NCBI GenBank assembly: GCA_038496445.1
Contig: JALMLS010000198.1
Location: 1-40,404 of the forward strand
Source: Trichosphaerium sp. ATCC 40318
Lineage: Eukaryota > Protista > Tubulinea
Reading direction: 5' to 3'
Length of the DNA: 40,404 nucleotides
Below, piece after piece: positions 12,801 to 22,531 of this stretch. The notes under the pieces were generated by a model, which was given only the letters and a program-made list of their open reading frames with translations, did not search any database and was not told where the DNA came from. Position numbers and translations under genes: made by a program. Position 1 is the first letter of the stretch. Every line of letters begins with the position of its first letter.

Positions 12801-13739
12801 AAAAGCAGCTTACAGTATTGTAAAGGCTGGTTTTGGAACTGTGAGTGCTTTGGATGCTGGATATTATGGTCAAGGCATCTACTTCACAGTATGCAAAAAA
12901 CATTGGCTATTTATTCACTTTATATTTTACTTTAGCGGAGTATAAAGTATGCCTGTTCATATGACAATGGAGGAACCAAAGAAAAAACAGTTATTTTGAG
13001 TCTTGTCACTCCTGGCAACGTACCCTGTACAACAAAAGTTTATCGTGTTCTTTATTAATTGACGACTACAAAAAAGGTACAACCAACCGACAAGTTAAGA
13101 GGACAGCCAATAAAACCAGGATACCAAAGTCATTACACATTGGTTGATCACACAGGTAAACCTGTCGCAGAACATAAAGCCGCAAATGCGGTGTATGATG
13201 AGCTTGTTGTCGGACAAGGTACATTCAAAAACATAATATAAAGATCATAAACTAACGCTATGCTATCAGATACTCAAGCTGTTGCTCGCTATGTTCTCAA
13301 ACTTTTACCAAAGAACAAAACAAAACCCAAGAAAGGAGATAAAAAACTCGGTGATGGTTCCGATGATGATCTTTCAGATGATGAAGAAAATTTTATTAGT
13401 AGCAGGTAATCTATTTCTTTTCTTGTTCTTACTTATTGACTTACCAGGAAATTGTGGGCTGCCCGCGATTTGAACACAACTGATGACCAACAATCAAGTA
13501 CCAATGATGTCAATCTCGAACTAGAGTCTTCACAACAAACACAATGTGAAATCGAGAAACTAAAGAAAATCAACGCAAATATGAAGGAACTTCATGAGAA
13601 TATACATGCAAGGCAACAACAAGATATAGCCAACTTAGAGCAAGACAATATCAACTTATCACAAACCGTCACTAGCTTACAAAAGAGCAATGCCATTCTA
13701 CTTGCCAAAATAGCCCAACTTGAAAGTACAAACAAGTAG
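9818..13739 (+). CDS. Ankyrin-repeat + PARP (ARTD) catalytic-domain protein with a C-terminal coiled coil (tankyrase-like architecture, no SAM domain seen)
   Basis: About 11 ankyrin exons (GAxIEAVDxxGNTALMSA). PARP motifs MVHGTSEKAAYSIVKAGFG (12781-), GYYGQGIYFT (~12859-12888) and YDELVV (E at 13200) give an H-Y-E triad. Heptad-rich last exon. About 20 short introns; some exon boundaries in the middle are uncertain. Confidence 0.85.
9972..11467 (+). repeat. Tandem array of ~145-bp units, each one ankyrin exon (96-99 nt) plus one phase-1 intron (~46-50 nt)
   Basis: Donors at about 9972, 10109, 10257, 10403, 10552, 10694, 10839, 10984, 11129, 11274 and 11420. Near-identical introns such as GTAATAGCATTGAGATACAAACGTGTTTGCTCACATTACTATTTAG. 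Confidence 0.9.
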
Positions 13740-13746
13740 CTCCAAT

Positions 13747-14753
13747 CAGTAGTAAAATAGAAATGGGAATTTTTAAGTAATCCACCCTGTTTTCCTATGG
13801 GAAAAGTAGACGGAAAAACTCTTCCTTAATTCCCATTGAATTTATATGAAATTCCGTAAGTATTACTCATAGAATTCTTAGAGTATTACTTTTGGAATTG
13901 CGTATGTATTTTATATAGAATTCTCTATGTATTCTTTATAGCATTTCTTAATGTATTTTTTGTAGATTTCAATAAAAAATACTTTATAAATTACACAAAA
14001 TATTATCTGATACTTTGGTTCAGATTTAATGCAAAGTCATTTTATTTATTGATCATTACAAAATACAAACATCCTAAATAATATGTACAAGTTAAATACA
14101 TTGTGTCTTCATAAATGAAAGAAGTAATTTGATCGCATTTGGTTTTGAGAGCCTGAACAATAATTAATGCATTTGTAAACGCTAAATTAAGAACGCGTAG
14201 GGTTTTTTGATAAATTAAGTGGAAATAAGCTTTAAAAACAACGTACTTGGAGTTAATGCTTTAAATACATTCTTTAATGGTGTAATAAGGCTGTTGCAAT
14301 GCTTTAATCATCCTAAAACAGATAAGTAAGAGATATTTATGTTTAAGTGATTTTCCAAACCACCTAAAATGCGTTCTCTGTTACTTTTTGGATTAACGCA
14401 CTTTAACCTGTACCATTGGTTTTTTCACCTTTAATAATAGCATGTGGATATTGTTCGCTAGAAAAACCTATGTACCTAAGGTGTTGATGGTTTTTTGCAA
14501 ATATAAAACTACTTTCATAAACCTCAACCCTAGCCCTAACCCTAACCCTAACTAAATTAGTACATTATTTGGTGGATTTTGTACAATAATTCTGAAAATT
14601 CCATATTTAAGGGAATATTATGGTAATTCTATCAAAAATCCTGCCATAAAAAAAAATAAAAATAAGAATTCTTCACAAATTACCTTAAAAATCCCTAAAA
14701 CAAAGGAATTTAGTGGGATTTATATCCAAAATCCCGTTTTCATTTTACCACTG
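13747..14753. mobile_element. Non-autonomous TIR DNA transposon (MITE-like, 1007 bp), 2-bp TSD AT
   Basis: Imperfect ~26-bp TIR CAGTAGTAAAATAGAAATGGGAATTTT / AAAATCCCGTTTTCATTTTACCACTG, flanked by AT on both sides. AT-rich subterminal GAATT repeats. Lies between the ankyrin-PARP stop codon and an AATAAA at ~14777. Confidence 0.75.
14526..14552 (+). repeat. Short interstitial telomere-like (CCCTAA)n tract, about 4 units
   Basis: AACCCTAGCCCTAACCCTAACCCTAAC, inside the 13747-14753 element. Confidence 0.7.
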
Positions 14754-15330
14754 ATGTACAAGCATCCCGTAGCACAAATAAACATTATCCTTTACTTATT
14801 GTACTCTTTATTTGACATGTTAAAAAAAAGATGATGTAAATGTTGCTGTGCGCATAATTGCAATGTGCCTCTGCTATGACCCAAAAATTATTACAGGTTA
14901 TACCATTGTTCCAGATGAACTTTGTACAAATAGTAAGTTCTGCTTTAACTGGCACTTCTGTGCTTTATGTGTCTAACAGTGATTACTGCACTACTGGATC
15001 AATTATCAACCCCCTATCATTTTATCTTGTGTTGTAGGACCACGTGGGAATGAATAAAACAGATCACAAACTGGAGTTAAAAGTAGCAACAGTTCTTATT
15101 ACCAAAAACTCCTTTGCATTTTGCTTTACTCTTTTTTTTTTTTAGAATAAGAGGCAGCGCGCTAGCGCCTACTTTATTACATAGGGATTTTTACATTGGA
15201 TAACGACTTACAAATGTGCGTGTACAACAGGAAAAGCCAGAGTATCTAGGAGATTCGATCAAGCCAGTACAAAAGAACAGAGAAGCCAAATATATGGAAC
15301 CAATGAGATAATAAAACAGATCACTGAAAG

Positions 15331-17356
15331 CTATACCTGGTTAAGTTTTTTACGCTCTTCGTACCAACGAGCCCGTAGATTTTGGATGTTAGAGAGAGAG
15401 GTATCAACACGCTCACCAGCTACCACTTTTTTCCGCCAGTGTGCTTCCAATTCAGTGCGAAAAGCCGACTCCAAGTCGGGTTTGAGAATAGAACCACAGG
15501 GCTGAAACTAAACAAGGCTTTGCCTTAAATATGAAGGCATTTTTTTAAAATCAGGCATTGATGGCAAAAATCAGGCATTTAAAAATGGCAATGCCTGATC
15601 TTGCAAAGGCAATGGCAACAAAGGCAAAAATCAGGCATTGAAATAAGGCTTTGTTGGGCATTGCCTCAATTGTTGCAAAGCCTTGTTTTTTTTAGGCAAT
15701 GCCTGCCCTATTTTTTTTATGCATTGCCAGCTTTAAATTTACAGGCAATAATTAGGCATTGGTTGTGTATACATTGTACATTAAGGATGCATTGGTTTAA
15801 GGTAAGTCTCCACCACACCAACACTTCCTAAACTTTTTTTTTCATTTACTACTGACGTTTTATATAGACGCCGTCACCACGCGCTTAGTATTTTATGGAT
15901 TCTAACGAAACCGCCGCCATTCGAACCGCAGCACCCAAATCCACCTACAACAGGAGTATAGGTACTTTAAACCATTTTTCCAGTCCGCGAAAATTATACC
16001 AATAATTTGTTAATTTTTTTTTTTAACTAAAGGTTTTTTTTCACATGGAGGACATTGAAGTTTTTTGTGTTTTGTGTACTGTACTTTAATAAATGAATCA
16101 CTATTGTATGCCTATATAAAGCCTTGTTTTATGAGTATATGGTGCCTGAGTTATGCCCAAAAATTGAGGGCAAAAATGCCTCATTGTTGCACTAAAAATG
16201 AGGCATTATTGGACCAACAATGCAGGCTATTTTAAGGCTAATTAGTGAACCAGTTGCTTGCTATTTGGCCCAAATATGAGGCTCTAAAGCCCAAAATTAC
16301 AAGGCAATGCCTCATATTTGCTCATTTTTTTTGGCAAAAACAAGGCAATTTGGTGAAAAATAAGGCTGTATTTGGTGGCAAAAAAATGGCTTTTGTAAAA
16401 AAAGCCTTATTTAGTTTCAGCCCTGCAAAAGTTGAGACAGGTACCTTGGGAGCAGGTGAAGAAGAAGGAGAAGGCCTAATCGGTGGTGGGTGCATACTTG
16501 GACGCTGGTTAGAGATGGTAGGTCTAGGCAACACACGTGGTTTTTTGTTAGCTACTCGTTGGGGACCTACAAAGCTTCGCTTGCCCAACTTGAACTCATC
16601 GAGGCCAGACTCGTCCAAGAACTCAATACTTCTTGCCTTTTTTTGAGCTGCCAGATAATCTGCTTTGCCTTTGAAAATCTTAAAAACCAGATAATTTTTG
16701 TGACGCTTAATAACTTGGAACGTCTCCAACCCTTCTATCACCTTGGAGCACCAAAAAACGCACCCATTAGAAGCCAGTTTGTGTTTTTCTGTGAGCCAGC
16801 GACGGAAGAAAAGAAGCTTGACATCCATAACCTTACAGAACTCGGTGCACAATAATAACATGTCATTGCCTGACTCAGTATTGCGGAAGCCCGAAATCAC
16901 AATCTTGGTACAGTTGTGGGCAATAGTGTACATGTTGACGCCTCAGTTTTGAAATGAGCGTCTGATGTTTTGGATGTGGTCATTGTCCAGCTTACTCATA
17001 TACACAGCTACAGTTAGTCCAAATTCATACTCCCTGGCAGTCACGACTGTATTATCCTTGTTTTTGCAGATGTTTTTGACGATGATATCACTAGCCTCCT
17101 CGAACGCCTTTTGAACATCCACTGGAGCTTTGGACTCACCACTACCCTTAGTAATGAGGTTTGAGTAGATCTCCACCTTAACGATCCAAAGAATAAGACC
17201 CTCTGTACCTTCTTGCTCTAGTCTCGCAGACTGTGCACTCTCGATCGTTTGGACCACATTAATAAGTGCATCCTTAACAACACTAACAGTTTGTTGTTGT
17301 GGCAAACTATCGGCTAAATCAGCCATAGCACTGTCAATGGTGGAGTTGTTGGCCAT
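15331..17356 (-). pseudogene. Retroelement ORF1-like protein (364 codons), broken by one TGA (16943-16945) and by the nested TIR element
   Basis: Removing 15497-16425 plus one CA copy restores the frame ...KVPVSTF/GSILKPDLESAFRTELEAHWRKK...KKLNQV*. The segment TKIVISGF...LCTEFCKVMDVK...GCVFW resembles the RRM-like fold of L1/Tx1 ORF1 (inference). Pro/Ser-rich linker. Confidence 0.7.
15497..16425. mobile_element. Non-autonomous TIR DNA transposon (929 bp), 2-bp TSD CA, nested in the retroelement ORF
   Basis: 25-bp TIR CAGGGCTGAAACTAAA(C/T)AAGGCTTT with one mismatch. CA on both flanks. Many subterminal AGGCA/TGCCT repeats. The TSD length is supported by restoration of the host reading frame. 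Confidence 0.9.
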
Positions 17357-17744
17357 GTTCCTGGTTTGGTGAATAGAGTGAGCAACACGTATACACTAGA
17401 ATGTCAGAATTTTCAATGAACATCGGAAAATTAGATTTAGCGAACATGAAAGTTAAGACAAATGGCCTACAGGTCCTAGCGACCTGCGGCAAACATACTA
17501 CAAACTCTTTGTGACACTTTGGGCTCAAAAGGCCCAAAGTGTTACCAAGACATACAGGGATACCGGGGCGTAAAATATGAGAAAGAAATAAAATAAGTTG
17601 AAGAGAAGCTGCAATCACCGGGCAGTTAAGCCGGCCTCTGTATTTTGCTTTACTCTATAGTTGCTCTTTCAAACTAAGAGTGCTTAACACAGTGCTTTAC
17701 TAATAAACGAGCTCGTTGGTAAACCATGCTTTTTGAAGCGGCTA

Positions 17745-18685
17745 TAGTTTTTTCCGAATTTTCCGAAAACAAAAATTCGAAAGTGTAGAAAGATGCATAG
17801 CTAGGGCAGTCCACTAAACTAGAAAGCGCCTGGTTCACTTACGGTCGGGTCCTCGCTGTGCTCGGAACTAGAACCTGACATTCGCTCACATATCTCTTTA
17901 AGTACTATCGGACATATATGTCCAATTTAAGGAATAGCGCTCCTTAAAAAGAATAAAACGCTTGCATATCTATACATAACGCTTTCTAAGCTAATAGAAT
18001 GAATATGGGAAGCTAAGTAAGAAGAACAACGTTTAAAAAACTGTTAGCTCAAGCAGTTTACCATTTCTTGTTTCTTCGCTGTTGTGTTTGTATTATTAAA
18101 GCACTTATAAAAGAAAACAAATGAGTTGGAGAGTACAAACCTAATTTAGCAATTTTCGCTGTTTACCATTTTTTTATTTTAAACTGCTTGTTTGTACGTG
18201 AAATCACATTGCGCTTCTATTCCAAGCAATCCCTTACTCGTCTATGAACTGAATTTCAAAATCCATGCTTGGGTATGTAAAAAAAAACCTGCGCTCACAC
18301 ATCACACTTTTTGAGGAGCAAACTTATCTTGCAGGTATGTAAAATCATACTGCGGTCCGATTGGGAGCAGTCCTATGTAAATCTGTAACCTACAATCGGA
18401 GATATTTCACAAAACTTTATTGAATGTACACTTCACAATTAACTGAATAACAAATTGCAAAATAGTCAAATGAAGTCATAAATCACGTGAGATTGCCTCA
18501 CGAGTATAATCAACGTGTACCAAAAAAATAATAAATAAATATTAGCTACATGGCTCGTCATTGGTAACAACTATTTCTGGACATATATGTCCAATGCCAG
18601 GGACTTAAAGAGATAGGCATTCGGTTTTTGTATCCAATTCTATTTTTTCGAATTTTTTCTTTCGAAAAATTCGGCAAAAACGGGG
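17745..18685. repeat. Degenerate inverted-repeat pair, each arm containing the 14-bp palindrome GGACATATATGTCC
   Basis: Left: TTTTTCCGAATTTTCCGAAAACAAAAATTCGAAA...TATCTCTTTAAGT..GGACATATATGTCC (~17910). Reverse complement of right arm: TTTTGCCGAATTTTTCGAAAGAAAAAATTCGAAA...TATCTCTTTAAGT..GGACATATATGTCC (~18579). No clear TSD. Confidence 0.6.
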
Positions 18686-18796
18686 TCCGTTTTTGAATGT
18701 TCACAAAGTCAAATCAATAGCCGTGAAGTGAATTCAGCGAAAATGACTTTTGCTTGCACAATATAAGTCCAAGTCACAACAAAACCAACCCTGAAG

Positions 18797-19651
18797 ATGG
18801 CTGCTAATGGAAATGATGCAAACCTTATTGATATCATGCCTCTAGAGCTACTATGCGCTATTTTTACTCAAATGGCATCAAATAAGACTCGCTGTACTGC
18901 AGGACAATGTTGTAGGCTTTTTTCTACTATTATACACGATTATGTTGGTTATTACGCAGTTAGAGTTACAGAACAAAATTGTAGGCAAATTATACCTTGT
19001 AAGGCTATCATACGTCATTCTATGATAAGATTTTACGATTTGGCTCCTATATTTCTATTCACTGGTTTAAAAAAAGTGCGTTTCTCTTATGGTAGTGGAT
19101 CACGTGTCACGGACGAGATTGTTCGATGCTTAGCAGGGGTTCACACTATTAATATAACATCTTGTCGGTTGATCAGTGGCAAAAGTCTAAAGGCATTCCG
19201 TGGCGCACATACTGTTATTCTTCAAGGATCATGTGATTTCAATGGTAAAGGAAAAAACTACTTCAAAGGTGTTCACACCCTTAGATTAGGTTTTTATCCA
19301 AGGCCTACCTACTCTGGTCGTTGGATAGCTTCACTAGCAGGTATACATACATTGGACATTGGCCTATCAGTGAGTAGTATTGGTATTAAAAACGAACATA
19401 TAGCAGCACTTGCTGGTATCTCGGAACTGGTTTTGTCAGGTGCTTCATTCTTGACTGATGAGGGTATAATACCTTTGAAAGGTATTAAGATATTACGTAT
19501 TAGTAACTGTAGTGTTACTGCAAAAGGTATTCATTGGTTACTACCTGAGCTTAAGGTTTTTGATATCTATGAGTGTGATACTATTTCTAAAGAAGAATTT
19601 AAAGATATCTTAACTAAAATGTTAACCTACAAAGAAAAACGTACGGACTGA
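18797..19651 (+). CDS. Intronless F-box + LRR protein
   Basis: LIDIMPLELLCAIF...CRLF F-box followed by LxGVHTI/L LRRs. AATAAA downstream. Confidence 0.85.
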   Translation: MAANGNDANLIDIMPLELLCAIFTQMASNKTRCTAGQCCRLFSTIIHDYVGYYAVRVTEQNCRQIIPCKAIIRHSMIRFYDLAPIFLFTGLKKVRFSYGSGSRVTDEIVRCLAGVHTINITSCRLISGKSLKAFRGAHTVILQGSCDFNGKGKNYFKGVHTLRLGFYPRPTYSGRWIASLAGIHTLDIGLSVSSIGIKNEHIAALAGISELVLSGASFLTDEGIIPLKGIKILRISNCSVTAKGIHWLLPELKVFDIYECDTISKEEFKDILTKMLTYKEKRTD

Positions 19652-20116
19652 CTCTTGACAAGCTTTGTGATATCACAATAAAAACATAGGAATTAGTTTG
19701 TGTTATTTTTGATGAATATAGTTGACTGTAAATAGAGAAAATTAATAAATAAACACTGGAAGGAACATTTCCGAAAAGTTATTTTCTTGCTTATGCTATC
19801 GATTTCCCCTTTCAATTACCAGTGAAAGAACTGTGATTCAGGTAAATTAATAGCCACTGTAGCGTCCTACTAATTAAGAACAGCGCAGTATGCGTACATG
19901 GCATCGTAAAAAGTTTGTGAACAAAAAAGCATTCGAAACTCGAAAGTGTTTGTTCTAGCCTAGGAAACTTGTTACTTTTTAATACGACTACATTGCGTAT
20001 AAGCAAACGCGGTACTTGAGTGAGGTGGAACGTTACAAGACAAGTTTTCGATTCACAACAGATAAGCTAGCTTTCACATGTATTTCTTTGTTAACGGTTA
20101 GTTAATCGCACGTGAA

Positions 20117-22021
20117 ATGTTGTACACGGCCATAATTTTCTCTGTATGCGCTATTGTATTCGTGTATTGGCTGTTTCAACGTAAAACGGATATTCCAGGA
20201 CCAAAAGGATATCCTCTTATTGGTAGCTTATTAGATGTAATAAAATCACCTGAAAACCGACTTGATTTATTCGAAGAGGCACGTTTAAAAAAACAATTTT
20301 CAATCAAAACCCACGTGATATTTTGTTTTTGACATTTTATGTTAGTGGCGGCAAAAATATGGAGATGTTTATCAAGTTAGCGTGTTTGGAAAGAAAATGG
20401 TGTTCATTTCTGATTTTGAAGATATGAGGACTGTACTGAAGCATAAAAATATCTTTATATCAGACATAGTGTCAAACCCAAGAGCAGTGGAGGTTCGGCT
20501 TGAAAGTATCTTTTTTTTTTTTTTTGGTTTTTTGGTTTTTACCACGCACGTGCTTTTGATCTGAATCGATACTAGTCACTTAAGCTTGATCTTTCTTTGG
20601 GGCTTCAAAAGGGTCATAATTGGAAGGTGATGAGAAAGTTGGTAGCCCCTGGTTTTACGAATAAATACTTGAGATCCAAGTTTGATGGGATTTTGCATGT
20701 GCTTGCATCACAGACATATGAACTTGAGAGCTTTGCAAAGAGCGGTGAATGTATAGTTGATCCTTATAAGTTTACATCAAGAATGACTCTGGGGGTTATA
20801 TCTCAATTACTTTTTAAGATAGACAAGTTTGAAGGTAAGCTCTTTTTCACAATATTTATTATTTTGAAAATCTCAAAAAAAAAAAACAGATGAACAGAAA
20901 GAGCGTCAGTTGCTTGATGCTTTTGGAGCATTATTGGTTGTTCTTGTAAGAAGAGACTCGTTTGCTTTCGATTATTGGAAAATACCTTTCTTGGTGCCAA
21001 AGGTACCAATATTAAACGGCTTTTTGGAACAGTTCTCTGACATCTTGAAAACAAGGAGGAAGAAGCCTTTATGCATTCAATGGACAATGTTGTCATTCCT
21101 TTCATTAAGCAAGTCATGGAGAAAGCAGAAAATAACCTAAAGGTTCCTGGGTATAAACCTCAAAATATAGTAGAGGTACTACTCGAAATACAACATCAGA
21201 AGCTGACAAATCTTTCACAGGAAATGTTAGTTGAAAAAGATGGAGAAATATGGACTTCTGAAAGCATTTTGTCTAATATTCTTGGTATCTATCTTGCAGG
21301 AGTTGAAACAACTGCTTCTGTAATGGTTTCTGTGATGTATGTTTTGTGCAAATATCCTGAGTTTCAGGACATCATCTACAACGAGGTTGAACCAATGATG
21401 AAGAAAGAAAATCCTGATTTCGCTGATTTTATGAATAACACAAAACTCCTGAACTTTGTGAAAGAAGTACTTCGTTTATACGGACCTATACTCTTATTAT
21501 TCAGAAAACCGATAAAACCATATAAATTACAATCAAAACATGGGAGTACGACTTATAAACTTTTGCCAAAAATTCTCTTTTTTTTCTTACCTTATATTTT
21601 TTAACACGTGGGTTTTTCTTTAGCGTTTGAGATACCTGCAGGCGCTAATGTAATTCTTAATACTCAATCTGGTTACCAAGATGAAACTAACTATGTGGAT
21701 GCAAAGATTTTCAACCCAGATAGATACAATACCCCAGGTAAGATAACAACCTCATTGCATTTCGTTTTTTTCAAAAAAGACAGAAACAGAAATCTAACCT
21801 TGTTAGGAGTCACTCCGTACTTTGGGTTTGGCGGTGTTCCCCGTATTTGTCCAGGGCAACATCTGGCTATTATAGAGTTAGCAATACTATCTGCAGTGAT
21901 GTGTTATCACTTCCGTATATCACCTGCACCTGGATGCATTCTAGAAGACGTAAAGTTTGTTTCAAAGCCTGCAGTAAGATGCAAAGGTCTTTCAGTGCAA
22001 CTATCAATGCGTCAAGTATAA
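20117..22021 (+). CDS. Cytochrome P450 (microsomal type, about 8 exons)
   Basis: N-terminal TM anchor, PGPKGYPLIG hinge, AGVETTAS I-helix, EVLR (ExxR), FNPDRY, and heme motif FGGVPRICPG. The first intron is GC-AG (20279-20345). Confidence 0.95.
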
Positions 22022-22531
22022 AAATACATATAGCTAACAATGTATTAATAAAACATACACAAAAGGGGTACTGCCCAAATGAAGTTAATGGGTTGGTGAT
22101 AATAATCCTGAAATTAGGTAGAAAACAATTAAAAAAGTTATTCACATTGAGTACGAGGAGAAACTGAGTCATTGTCTTTTCTCTGTTGTGATCAATAGTT
22201 AAAGACTAGCTTGGTAGAGATATGTGATGCAGTCAAAGTAGAGTCTTCGAATCTATTTAAAACGCGTTTCAAAGCTACATAGTGTGACGAGTAGCCAAGT
22301 TCAAGGATTTAACATTAACTGACCACTGAATAGAATTAACGATAGTACGATCCACTCTTACGGGTGCTACACGCAAAAAAATACATCCTACGTAAGTTAG
22401 AACCCCCGAAATGGTCAGATTTTTAAACAAGATTTACATAGCATAATATCACGTGATAATCATACAAAACAACTAAACACACACGAAATACGCGTCGACA
22501 CACATTGAAATTTCGATAAAAATACAAAACA

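Larger units (their letters stand above)
15133..17638 (-). mobile_element. Non-autonomous ORF1-only non-LTR retrotransposon (HAL1-like organisation; ~1.58 kb excluding the nested insertion)
   Basis: 18-bp TSD TG(C/T)ATTTTGCTTTACTCT (15115-15132 / 17639-17656), A12 tail, 3' AATAAAGTAGGCGCTAGCGCGCTGCCTCTTATT, ~280-nt 5' UTR, one ORF and no RT. Confidence 0.85.

Noticed and set aside
15601-16952. Plus-strand ORFs as transposase candidates
   Set aside because: They derive from MITE subterminal repeats or are antisense to ORF1; no DDE motifs.
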